A DNA stretch of 59,769 nt, counting the filler. It is 6 parts of 6 records of this genome, joined end to end, with 100 filler letters (N's around TTAATTAATTAA, not from the genome) between each part and the next. Parts side by side here need not be neighbours in the genome. Positions count along the whole stretch, not along the records: positions 16,443 to 32,533 come from SRR31156797_7742; positions 32,634 to 47,532 come from SRR31156797_7749; 4 more parts are not named here. One strand, 5' to 3'. Below, piece after piece: positions 30,823 through 39,990 of this stretch. Under the pieces are notes generated by a model that saw only the letters and a program-made list of their open reading frames with translations, ran no database searches and was not told where the DNA came from. Position 1 is the first letter of the stretch, and the number at the start of each line of letters is the position of its first letter. The position numbers were made by a program, and so were the translations under genes.

Positions 30823-31104
30823 ATGGCAAATCTTAGAGATCTTAAAAAAGACATTAATTATTTAGCTTCGGAAATTGTAACACAAGGTTATATGAAATTA
30901 TCCTTGATGGAAGAAATTAAAGAAGAAAGTATGGTACCTGTACTATCGGAAGCTATAGAAATGCGCAACGAATTTATTGCCAGAGCCAATCATCCGGACG
31001 GAAAGGATAATAAAAAATTGGTGAAATCTTATTACAAGAAATTGCGAGAAGATTTGTTAAAGAAAACGATGGAGTTGCTTGAGAAACTAGAAGCAGTAAA
31101 ATAA
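30823..31104 (+). CDS. Small helical hypothetical protein (Bacteroidota-type)
   Basis: Clean 93-aa ORF (RDLKKDINY...ARANHP...YYKKL) followed by a terminator. Confidence 0.75.
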   Translation: MANLRDLKKDINYLASEIVTQGYMKLSLMEEIKEESMVPVLSEAIEMRNEFIARANHPDGKDNKKLVKSYYKKLREDLLKKTMELLEKLEAVK

Positions 31105-31108
31105 AGAA

Positions 31109-31140
31109 AAGCCCTTCGCAGTATAACTGTTGAAGGGTTT
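31109..31140. terminator. Bidirectional terminator between convergent genes
   Basis: AAGCCCTTC-GCAGT-ata-ACTGT-TGAAGGGTTT. Confidence 0.7.
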
Positions 31141-31145
31141 ATTTT

Positions 31146-32255
31146 TTAATCAAACTGAATGGTGAGCTGAACCGCATCTTCTTTCGTATCTAAATCCTCG
31201 AGATTAGAAATACTTAAACCCATTAATCGTACTTTCTTATTAAAAGAAACTTCCTTTATCAGTTGTTCAGCTGTTTCTGCCAGTAATTGTTTTGATTGAA
31301 TTTTATGTAGATAAGTTTTACTGTGTGTATGCACTTTAAAGTCGCTGAACTTAATTTTAAAGGTTAAGGTTCGCCCATATTTATGGGTTCGCTGCATTCT
31401 TTTCCACAAGCCTTCAATCAGCTGGTTCAATTCAAGTTTAATTTCCTCTTCTGTAATAATATCTTCTGAAAAAGTATTTTCAATAGCAACAGATTTACGC
31501 ACACGATGAGGAGAAACAGGTCTGTCGTCAATTCCTCTGGAAATATCGTAAAAGAAATAACCTGCCTTTCCAAAATGCTTTACTAACCCATTCAGGCTCC
31601 ACATTTGCAAATCTTTTCCGGTGTGAATACCCAACTGGTTCATGCGCTCGGCTGTTTTTTTTCCAACCCCATAAAAATCTTTAATCGGCAACTTTTCAAT
31701 AAAAGGGAGAACTTCCTTAGGCTTAATCACAAATAATCCATTAGGTTTATCCTGATCGGAAGCAATTTTAGCTAAAAATTTATTTACACTAATTCCGGCA
31801 GAAGCAGTTAATCCGGTTTTCTCCAATATTTGTTGTTTAATTTCTCTGGCTATAATGGTCGCCGATTTATGATTCTTTTTGTTGGGAGTAACATCTAAAA
31901 ATGCCTCGTCAATGCTTAAAGGCTCCACTAAATCTGTGTACTCATGGAAAATATCCATAATCTGCGCAGAAACAGTTTTATATACCTCGAAGCGATGAGG
32001 CTGAAAAATTAAATGCGGGCATCTTTTTAAGGCTGTTTGAGAAGGCATAGCAGAACGTACACCGAACTTGCGCGCTTCATAGCTGGCTGCAGCTATCACG
32101 CCTCTTTGCGAAGGACTGCCAACCACAACAGCTTTTCCCTTTAATTCAGGAAAATCCCGTTGTTCCACCGAGGCAAAAAATGCATCCATATCCATATGAA
32201 TGATTTTTCTTACTCTTTCCTCTCCTTGTTTTTTGATGTCCTCTTCCTCTGCCAT
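31146..32255 (-). CDS. dinB: DNA polymerase IV
   Basis: HMDMDAFFASVEQ, SYEAR.FG, SIDEAFLD, KFLAKIASD..KP.G. Confidence 0.96.
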   Translation of the reverse strand: MAEEEDIKKQGEERVRKIIHMDMDAFFASVEQRDFPELKGKAVVVGSPSQRGVIAAASYEARKFGVRSAMPSQTALKRCPHLIFQPHRFEVYKTVSAQIMDIFHEYTDLVEPLSIDEAFLDVTPNKKNHKSATIIAREIKQQILEKTGLTASAGISVNKFLAKIASDQDKPNGLFVIKPKEVLPFIEKLPIKDFYGVGKKTAERMNQLGIHTGKDLQMWSLNGLVKHFGKAGYFFYDISRGIDDRPVSPHRVRKSVAIENTFSEDIITEEEIKLELNQLIEGLWKRMQRTHKYGRTLTFKIKFSDFKVHTHSKTYLHKIQSKQLLAETAEQLIKEVSFNKKVRLMGLSISNLEDLDTKEDAVQLTIQFD

Positions 32256-32346
32256 ATTCTAAGATGTAAAAGTAATATTTTAACTTTGCATCTTATCAAG
32301 CAAATCAATAGTTGAAATAAGAATTGACAGATATGATGTTTTTGTA

Positions 32347-32533
32347 TCGACATCGTCTGGTGAGAATAAAAACAAGATTGTTTTGTCGTAAGATTGCGAA
32401 TTGTTTGAGTGCTCGACGTAGGAGAGTGCGAGTTTTTGCGATCTAGACAAAAGAGTCGTAGTTTTTATAACGAAGCAGGCGTAGTCTTGATCTTTTTTGC
32501 TTCCGTTTTTTGGATTAAGCCAAAAAATGAAGT
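32347..32533 (+). repeat. Long rod-like hairpin plus terminal hairpin; probable multicopy structured element or ncRNA
   Basis: Nested pairings CGTCTG/CAGGCG, ATAAAAAC/GTTTTTAT, TTTTGTC/GACAAAA, AGATTGCGAA/TTTGCGATCT, GTGCTC/GAGTGC, then TTTTTTGG/CCAAAAAA; contig breaks here. Confidence 0.6.
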
Positions 32534-32633
32534 NNNNNNNNNNNNNNNNNNNNNNNNNNNNNNNNNNNNNNNNNNNNTTAATTAATTAANNNNNNNNNNN
32601 NNNNNNNNNNNNNNNNNNNNNNNNNNNNNNNNN
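32534..32633. other. Artificial contig linker
   Basis: N44-TTAATTAATTAA-N44. Confidence 0.99.
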
Positions 32634-33758
32634 TAAAGGTTGTCTCCATTGGTGAGCAATATTAGCAAGCATTTCACCCATTGAAGCTAGCTTACTTTGA
32701 CTAATAGCTATTTGTTGATTTTTCTCTTTTTCAATTCTTGCTTGTCTCATTTTATATGCTAAAGCTAAAGAAAAAATCAAAGCCTCTAAAGCAATACCAA
32801 TGTGCAATAAATAGACTTCATTATATTCAGAAAAACTATTCTCTGAAATAAAAATAAAAACAAAAAGGGTTACCCATCCTGCAATATAAAAAAGTGCTGG
32901 TTTATAACCTTTTATTAAAACTACAAAAGCAGAAATCAATAAAGCTAAAATGATTACATATGAAGGTACATAATCATAAAGAAAAGACCTTTCAATAATA
33001 AACATTAAAGCTAAATCAAGGAAATTCAGAACTAATAAAAACTTTAGAATATTGTGTATTAAAGGAGAGTTTCTTTTTGTATCTAAAAACTCCATATTAA
33101 ATAAAATAGAAACAACATATATTGTGGTTATCAAAAAAATCAATACTGCTTCAACTGACTCAAAATAATCAAATGCACTTGTTGGTCTTGCAACTACAAG
33201 TAATAACATCAAAGTTGAAAGCTGTAAAAGAGAATAGTATAAAAAAGATTTCTCTTTATTATATAAAAAGAAAACAAAGTTATATAAAAAGGCACATAAC
33301 ATTATTCCATAAACTAAACCAAAAAAGAGTTTTTCATCACTTAGTACATATTTATACTCAAACTCATTGTGAATATTTATATTAAAATTAGGAATATTTC
33401 CTTTAAAATCAAAGTGAAGAATCAAATCCTTTTTTATATCTTTATGAAGTCTTATTATCTTTTTATTATCTTTAATAGTAAAAGGTACATTTGTTTCTAA
33501 AAAGAACTCCTCTTTAACTTTTAATGCTAAATAATAGTCTGATTTTAATTGTTCTTCATCTATATCAATTTTAATAAATAAAGAGTTTTTAAACTCTTTT
33601 GCAAAACTATAGTTTGTAAAGCTTTTTAGGTTTTTATAGTTTTTCCCATCTGAAGAAACAAATAGGTTGTTCATTATTGAATCTTTATTTACTTCAGCAA
33701 AAAGATTAATACCCAAAGCTACTAAAAGTAAAATTACTTTGATACTACTCTTGAACAT
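32634..33758 (-). CDS. 7TM-DISM sensor histidine kinase, truncated at H-box by contig end
   Basis: Signal peptide, FFGLVYGIMLCAFLYN 7TM-DISM region, SKLASMGEMLANIAHQWRQPL. Confidence 0.88.
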
Positions 33759-34419
33759 TTACTTGGTAACCTATTCCAGAGATATTTTTTATTGCTCTTT
33801 TTGAAATCTTTTTTCTAAGATCTCTTACAACTGAACGTATTGCATCTTCACTCATATTTCCATTCCAAACATAAGTATTTAGTTCATCATAACTTGTAGT
33901 TCTTTTTTGATTTTTTATTAGAAGTTCAAGAAAAAGCAACTCTTTCTTAGTCAAGATAATTTGTTCTTTTCCTTTAAAAAGAGTCTTATTCAAATAATCA
34001 AATGCAAAATCATCTTCTAGGGTAAAAATACTCTTTTTATCACTTATTTCACTTACACAAGTTTTTAAAACTGGTAAAAGTTTATCTTCTGTTACAGGTT
34101 TTATAAGGTATTTTACTAATCCTAACTCAACTGCTTCAAGTAAATATGATGTATCCAAAAATGCTGTAGCAATAACTATCTTAGTTGATTTATCTGTTGT
34201 TCTTATTTTTCTAACCATTTCTAAGCCAGAAATCAATGGCATTTTTATATCTGAAATTATAATATCTGGTTTTACTTCTTTATAGATATTAAAACCTTCT
34301 AAACCATCTTTTGCCTCATATACATTATCACAATGAAACTCTAAATATTCAACGGCATTGGCTCTAATTGGTTCTTCATCATCAATATATAAAATCTTTA
34401 AATTTTTTAACTCTTCCAT
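33745..34419 (-). CDS. OmpR-family response regulator
   Basis: Likely ATG at 34419 (MEELKNL); REC (YIDDE, SDIKMP, IKP) + winged helix (LTKKE, GIGY). Confidence 0.9.
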   Translation of the reverse strand: MEELKNLKILYIDDEEPIRANAVEYLEFHCDNVYEAKDGLEGFNIYKEVKPDIIISDIKMPLISGLEMVRKIRTTDKSTKIVIATAFLDTSYLLEAVELGLVKYLIKPVTEDKLLPVLKTCVSEISDKKSIFTLEDDFAFDYLNKTLFKGKEQIILTKKELLFLELLIKNQKRTTSYDELNTYVWNGNMSEDAIRSVVRDLRKKISKRAIKNISGIGYQVNVQE

Positions 34420-34586
34420 ATTCTCTCTTTCTAAAAAAATAATTATATTAAAAAAAAATGTGGAAATTCTGAGTTTTCCCCTTTTTTTCACATTTCTTGA
34501 TTCTAAGATAGTTCTTATTGATTCAAGTCATAGAATAAGCTAATCATTATAGTTATACTTCATTTTTTTGAAGGTAACTATGATTT

Positions 34587-35129
34587 ATGAAAAAGTTTTT
34601 TAAAAAATTTAAAAAAATAAATACAGAAAAAATAGAGTTTGAAAACCTTATTTGGTCTTGGATAGGTTCATTTATAGGAATTATTGCTATTGCATTTATT
34701 CACTTTAGCTTTTTAAATGATACTGACCTCTCTTTAGTTATTGGTTCATTTGGAGCAAGTGCTGTTTTAATCTATGGTGCAATTCACTCTCCCTTAGCTC
34801 AACCAAGAAACCTTGTAGGTGGACATATTTTAAGTGCAATTATTGGAGTTACTAGTTTTAAACTTTTAGGTGATTACTTATGGTTGTGTTCAGCTCTAGC
34901 TGTGGCTAGTTCTATTTTAGTGATGCAAGTAACCTTAACTTTACACCCTCCAGGAGGAGCAACTGCTTTGATTGCAGTTATAGGAAGTGAACAGATTCAC
35001 AACCTAGGTTTTTTATATGTTTTAATTCCTGTTGCAACAGGTGCTTTTATAATGCTTTTTATTGCATTGATTATAAATAATATCCCTAAAAAAAGATATT
35101 ATCCAAACTCAAGGAACAAAAATACCTAG
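34587..35129 (+). CDS. HPP family membrane protein
   Basis: SFGASAVL, SPLAQPRN, HPPGGATAL. Confidence 0.93.
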   Translation: MKKFFKKFKKINTEKIEFENLIWSWIGSFIGIIAIAFIHFSFLNDTDLSLVIGSFGASAVLIYGAIHSPLAQPRNLVGGHILSAIIGVTSFKLLGDYLWLCSALAVASSILVMQVTLTLHPPGGATALIAVIGSEQIHNLGFLYVLIPVATGAFIMLFIALIINNIPKKRYYPNSRNKNT

Positions 35130-35560
35130 TACTGATACATATGGTATTTTTTATTCTCTTTTGCTTTTTGTTTCTCTAGTTTTTCATAAGCAAGAACTGC
35201 TTCTTGTCTTAAACTTTCATCTACTTGTTTAGTTTGAAGCTCTTTTAAAATAACTTCTAAAACTAAGATATAAACGATTGAGTTAAGTTTTTTAGACTCT
35301 TCATTTCTCATCTGAAAATCTAAATCAATAGCATAAATTGCTTCTTGAAAAGTGAAAAAAAGTCTTTGTGAAATATCTTCTAATCTTAGGGTATAACCTA
35401 AAATAAGTAAAAAGTTTTCTCTAAACTCTTCATCTAGTTTTTCATCTTTAATTTTTTGTGCAAAATCAAAGATTGTATTTGCATACTCTTTTTCTAAAGT
35501 ATTTGATTCTACAACTTTTGTTTTAAAGCTATAGAAAAATTGCGAAATCTCTTCTATCAT
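35126..35560 (-). CDS. Hypothetical protein
   Basis: 144-aa ORF with host-like codon usage; no motif recognised. Confidence 0.7.
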   Translation of the reverse strand: MIEEISQFFYSFKTKVVESNTLEKEYANTIFDFAQKIKDEKLDEEFRENFLLILGYTLRLEDISQRLFFTFQEAIYAIDLDFQMRNEESKKLNSIVYILVLEVILKELQTKQVDESLRQEAVLAYEKLEKQKAKENKKYHMYQY

Positions 35561-35626
35561 TTTATCCCACTAATTTTAATTTGTAGCATTTTAGCATATA
35601 ATATTAAAAACTATAGGAAGAAACAA

Positions 35627-36433
35627 ATGAACAAAAAAATAATTCTTTCATCTTTAGTACTATGTAGTACATTATCTTTTGCTTTTGATTTAAATAGCTT
35701 CACAAAAGAGATTGTAAATGACATAACTAAAACAGAAACAAAACAAGACCAAACAGTTGCAAGTTCTTTATCTCAAGATACTGTATCAAAGGGTTTAAAA
35801 GAAGCCTTAAAAGTTGGTGTAAACTATGCTACAAAGACCTTAGGAGCACAAAATGGTTATTTAAATAATGCCGATGTTAAAATTCCACTACCTGAAAATC
35901 TTCAAAAAGCAGAAACACTTATAAGAAGTGCAGGAGGAGATAAGATTGCAGATGACTTAATCAAGTCTATGAACAATGCAGCAACAAATGCAGCACCTGA
36001 AACGGCAAAGATTTTTATAGATGCAATTGAAAAAATGAATCTTGAAGATGCTAAGAAAATTTTAGCAGGAGATGAACACTCAGCAACAAACTATTTTAAA
36101 GAAAATACAAATGAAGCATTAAAAAAACTAATCAAACCAATAGTAAATAAAACTATGCAAGAAAATAGTGTTTCAAAATACTACGATACTTTTAATACTT
36201 ATTATAAACAGTATGGAAAAGAGTATGTAGAAAATAGCTCTGTAATGAACTTAGCTAAAAACTTTGGAGTAGATGAGTATATTCCAAGTTCTAGTGATGA
36301 AAGTTTAGATGATTATGTTACAAATAAAGCAATTGATGGTTTATTTAAAATGATTTCTGAAAAAGAGGCTTCTATTAGAGAAAACCCTGTTGAGCAAACA
36401 ACTTCAATACTTAAAAAAGTATTTGGAAACTAA
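35627..36433 (+). CDS. DUF4197 family secreted protein
   Basis: Likely ATG 35627 with signal peptide; GLKEAL, VKIPLP, MNNAA..A, AIDGLF.MI..KE..IR.NP. Confidence 0.88.
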   Translation: MNKKIILSSLVLCSTLSFAFDLNSFTKEIVNDITKTETKQDQTVASSLSQDTVSKGLKEALKVGVNYATKTLGAQNGYLNNADVKIPLPENLQKAETLIRSAGGDKIADDLIKSMNNAATNAAPETAKIFIDAIEKMNLEDAKKILAGDEHSATNYFKENTNEALKKLIKPIVNKTMQENSVSKYYDTFNTYYKQYGKEYVENSSVMNLAKNFGVDEYIPSSSDESLDDYVTNKAIDGLFKMISEKEASIRENPVEQTTSILKKVFGN

Positions 36434-36437
36434 AACT

Positions 36438-36460
36438 TATAAGCTCTTTTAGAGCTTATA
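36438..36460. terminator. Hairpin between convergent genes
   Basis: TATAAGCTCT-TTT-AGAGCTTATA. Confidence 0.6.
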
Positions 36461-37070
36461 GGTCTAATCTTTCATATCTAAAATAGTTTTCAAAGATATT
36501 CTTTCTAACTAAACTTTTATTGTAATTTCCTGCAAATCTTTTTTTATCAAGATATTTTGAAATATATTCTGGTTTTAGTTCTTTTAAAAGCTTTGTGTAA
36601 AACCTTCCTTCATAATCCACTAAAAACATATTTGTATTTGTATAATAAGAGTAAATAACACTTAAATAGATCTCATTATTTATTTTGTATGTTTTAAAAG
36701 TATAGTTATTTATATCGATATTCTCAACAATTTCTATAGAGTCTAACTTCAATTCATAATTTAAACTTGTTTCAAAAAAACCACTTGCTAAACCTGTCCA
36801 AAAACAATTACTATCTAAATCAATATACTCAAAAAATAGTTTTCCATAGTTACTGTTTTTTTCTTCTATTGTATAAGAATTCATAACGCAAGGTGTTGAT
36901 AAATAGTGTCTTTGTTTTGGATTATCAAACTTTAATGTTGATACAAGATTATTATTAGAATAAAAAGATAACTCTTTAGTCTTTGAAGTATAGTTATTTA
37001 AACTCGTAGTACTACAAGCTACAAAAAACAAAGCTATAAAACAAAGAGTTATTACTTTAATTACTTGCAT
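36456..37070 (-). CDS. Hypothetical lipoprotein (paralog of 37057-37620)
   Basis: Lipobox FVAC; shares motifs with the upstream gene. Confidence 0.8.
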   Translation of the reverse strand: MQVIKVITLCFIALFFVACSTTSLNNYTSKTKELSFYSNNNLVSTLKFDNPKQRHYLSTPCVMNSYTIEEKNSNYGKLFFEYIDLDSNCFWTGLASGFFETSLNYELKLDSIEIVENIDINNYTFKTYKINNEIYLSVIYSYYTNTNMFLVDYEGRFYTKLLKELKPEYISKYLDKKRFAGNYNKSLVRKNIFENYFRYERLDL

Positions 37071-37620
37071 TAAAAAAGCCTTGAATACAATTCTCTTTTA
37101 CAAGAGAGATATTAAAGTTTACATGTCCTTTTTCTTTTTCATCAAAACTATAAGTATACTCTTTCTCAAACTCTGACAATAGCTTTTTATATAAGTTTCC
37201 TTTCATATCAACAATAAAAACATCAGTATTTGCAGCCCAAATATAAATTATGTGTAAAACAAAAGCATCATCTACTTTTTTTACCTTAAAAGTATAGTTA
37301 GAGATATCCTTTGACTCTAAAGTTTCAAACTCTTTTATTTGAAGTTTCTGTTTAAAAAAATCTTCATACATACTTAGGGCTTGTCCATTCCAAGTTGTAT
37401 TTGTATCAGTTTTTACATACTCTAAAAATATTTCGTCGTTATTTATTGTATAGGCTTCAACTACAAAAGGGTCATGTCTAGTCTTCATATCATAAACATC
37501 TAAGTCATGGTAAACATACTCTTCTGAGTCCGTTTTAAAGGCTATTTGATTGTTTTCAAACTTATAAATCGGCATTGAGGCATTAGCGATTGCACTAATT
37601 ATTTTCTGAAAGATTCCCAT
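37057..37620 (-). CDS. Hypothetical protein (paralog of 36456-37070)
   Basis: 187-aa ORF overlapping the next gene by 14 nt. Confidence 0.8.
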   Translation of the reverse strand: MGIFQKIISAIANASMPIYKFENNQIAFKTDSEEYVYHDLDVYDMKTRHDPFVVEAYTINNDEIFLEYVKTDTNTTWNGQALSMYEDFFKQKLQIKEFETLESKDISNYTFKVKKVDDAFVLHIIYIWAANTDVFIVDMKGNLYKKLLSEFEKEYTYSFDEKEKGHVNFNISLVKENCIQGFFNASN

Positions 37621-37736
37621 ATATAAAACCTAATTATTTTTTTATTACTACTTTATCATAAATACCCCGCTTTTTCAAGGCATTATGTAATATTTTAATT
37701 AATTTGATATAATCCAAAAAAACTAGAAAGGAACAT

Positions 37737-38585
37737 ATGCCAACTATTTTTAGTAAAAAAGAACTTCTAAATACTTTTTACCTAATATTGGGTACTCTTT
37801 TTATCTCATTATCTGTTGTACTGTTTTTTACACCACATAACTTTACAACTGGTGGTACACCTGGTGCTGCTATTTTATTACACAAACTAACTGGATTTTC
37901 TATTGGTACTATGGTTATTGCTATAAATATTCCCTTACTTATTTGGGGAATGAAATATTTTGGAAAGATGTTTGCAATAAGAACCATTATAACAGTTGCA
38001 CTTATCTCTATTTTTATAGACTTTTTTTCTTACTCTTTAAACTTTGATTTACTTATTTCAAATATTTTAGTTGCTGCTATTTTTGGTGGAGCTGTTATTG
38101 GATTTGGGGTTGGGTTTATTATAAAAGGACATTCAAGTGCTGGTGGTTCAACTATTGTTGCAAAGATTATTGCATCAAACTCCCATATAAAACCTGCACA
38201 AGTTATCTTAGTAATTGATGTACTTATTGTTGTTTCATCTATTTATGTATTTAAAGACTTCGAAAAAGCAGTTCTAAGTATTATGAGTATCTATGTTACA
38301 GCAAAAGCTATTGATATTGTTTTAACAGGTACTTTAACAACAAAGGTTATTCATATTACAACTTCTAAACCTCAAGAGTTAGGGGAACAAATCACTCAAA
38401 AACTAAAGCATGAAGGTACTTTAATTCAAGGTGATGCCTTAAATAAAAAAGATGATAAAACTCTTATTTTTATGGTAATTGATGTAAGAAGATTAGGACA
38501 ATTGAGACAAATCATTGAAGAAACAGACAAAGATGCTTTCATGATTGTTATGGAAGCATCTGAGATGTTAGGACGAGGTCACTAA
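37737..38585 (+). CDS. YitT family membrane protein
   Basis: TGG.PG, NIPL, SSAGG, C-terminal D.DAFMIV.EA.E..GRG. Confidence 0.9.
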   Translation: MPTIFSKKELLNTFYLILGTLFISLSVVLFFTPHNFTTGGTPGAAILLHKLTGFSIGTMVIAINIPLLIWGMKYFGKMFAIRTIITVALISIFIDFFSYSLNFDLLISNILVAAIFGGAVIGFGVGFIIKGHSSAGGSTIVAKIIASNSHIKPAQVILVIDVLIVVSSIYVFKDFEKAVLSIMSIYVTAKAIDIVLTGTLTTKVIHITTSKPQELGEQITQKLKHEGTLIQGDALNKKDDKTLIFMVIDVRRLGQLRQIIEETDKDAFMIVMEASEMLGRGH

Positions 38586-39412
38586 AAACAGTTTTTGTTA
38601 AAAGTGTCCTTATCTTTTAGAACTTCAGCAGAAGAGACAATGTTCATGATAAACTCATCATGGACATTTCCAAACTTTTGGATTAATTCATCACAAACTT
38701 TTTTCATCTCTTTTTCATTTTGAAGTTCAGCTAAAACAGTTGCTTTATTATGATAAGCAATAGCAACTTGCTTTTCAAAAATTGAAAACTCATTTATAAC
38801 TTTATCTAAAGACTCAATAGCCTTTTCATACTCATAAAGTTCTTTATTTTTATTTGCTTTATTTACTAAAGACTTAGCAACAAACTCTAAGAAATGCTTC
38901 TCTTTACTAGTTTGAAATGATTCAATAACATCATCATAAGCTTTTATAGACTCTTCTATTTGTTCGTTGTTTCCTAAGATATAAGCTATGTTATATTTTG
39001 CTTGAACAATATCTTCTAAAACCTTTTCATCTAAACAGTTTTCAAAGTTTTGTACAAACTCTTTATAAACAGCTAAAGACTCTTTCTCATCTTTTAACTC
39101 TTGAATACAAATAGCTTTATTCATATAAGCCTTGGCAAATATGATTTCACTATTTTGTGAGATATTTGAGATAAATCTTGAAAGAAGTTCGTTATAAACT
39201 TCTAGCTCTTTTTCATACTCTTTTTTATGTGCATAGATTAAAGCTTTGTTATAAAAAGTATAAGGCAAATACTCAACTATAGACTCATCTTTTGTATCCA
39301 GATATTTTTCTAAAATATTGTCATAAGAACTAAGTGCTTCATCATATTTTGCCTCTTTTGTTAAAGATGAAGCTTCACCCATTAAAGTATAAAAACTATC
39401 TATATTTTCCAT
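38582..39412 (-). CDS. Tetratricopeptide repeat protein
   Basis: Repeated ~45-aa units A..NKA.......E.....Y...I..F. Confidence 0.85.
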   Translation of the reverse strand: MENIDSFYTLMGEASSLTKEAKYDEALSSYDNILEKYLDTKDESIVEYLPYTFYNKALIYAHKKEYEKELEVYNELLSRFISNISQNSEIIFAKAYMNKAICIQELKDEKESLAVYKEFVQNFENCLDEKVLEDIVQAKYNIAYILGNNEQIEESIKAYDDVIESFQTSKEKHFLEFVAKSLVNKANKNKELYEYEKAIESLDKVINEFSIFEKQVAIAYHNKATVLAELQNEKEMKKVCDELIQKFGNVHDEFIMNIVSSAEVLKDKDTFNKNCF

Positions 39413-39422
39413 TAAATACCTT

Positions 39423-39905
39423 TTAACTATTTATGAAATTTGCTATTGCATCACCTTCTAATCTATAACCAATCCACTCATCTTGTGACTTAGCACCAAT
39501 GCTTTCATAAAACTCTCTTGAAGGAGTATTCCAATCTAAACAAGACCACTCTACTCTTCCACAACCTTCATCGTAAGCTTTTTTAACAAGATGTTTTAAG
39601 ATAGCTTTTCCAGCGCCACCTCCTCTTTTATCTTTGCTAACATATAAATCTTCTAAATAAATACCATTTTTACCAAGCCAAGTTGAGTAGTTATAAAAAT
39701 ATACTGCAAAACCAATTGCAACTCCATCTTCTTCACAAATAAAAGCATTAACAGTTGAGTTTTCACCAAAAATAGATTTTTTTATTTGCTCAACATCAGT
39801 TTTTACTTCGTGTTCAGCTTTTTCATAAATTGCAAGTTCTGTAATAAAGTTTAAAATAGTTGCAGAATCATCAATAACTGCATCTCTAATTATAATATTT
39901 GACAT
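39423..39905 (-). CDS. GNAT acetyltransferase (spermidine/diamine acetyltransferase-like)
   Basis: ELAIYEK, YSTWLG..GIYLEDLYV, RGGGAG, LDWN. Confidence 0.9.
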   Translation of the reverse strand: MSNIIIRDAVIDDSATILNFITELAIYEKAEHEVKTDVEQIKKSIFGENSTVNAFICEEDGVAIGFAVYFYNYSTWLGKNGIYLEDLYVSKDKRGGGAGKAILKHLVKKAYDEGCGRVEWSCLDWNTPSREFYESIGAKSQDEWIGYRLEGDAIANFINS

Positions 39906-39963
39906 AAATTTCCTTCATATTTTTAATGAAGGAAATATAACATTATATGCTTAATTTATTATA

Positions 39964-39990
39964 AATAAGCTACTAAAAAAGTAGCTTATT
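39964..39990 (-). terminator. Terminator hairpin after TRAP permease
   Basis: AATAAGCTAC-loop-GTAGCTTATT. Confidence 0.65.

Noticed and set aside
32333-32446. 37-codon ORF MMFLYRHRLVRIKTRLFC... over the structured element
   Set aside because: Arg/Cys-rich atypical composition; better explained by the hairpin element than by a protein
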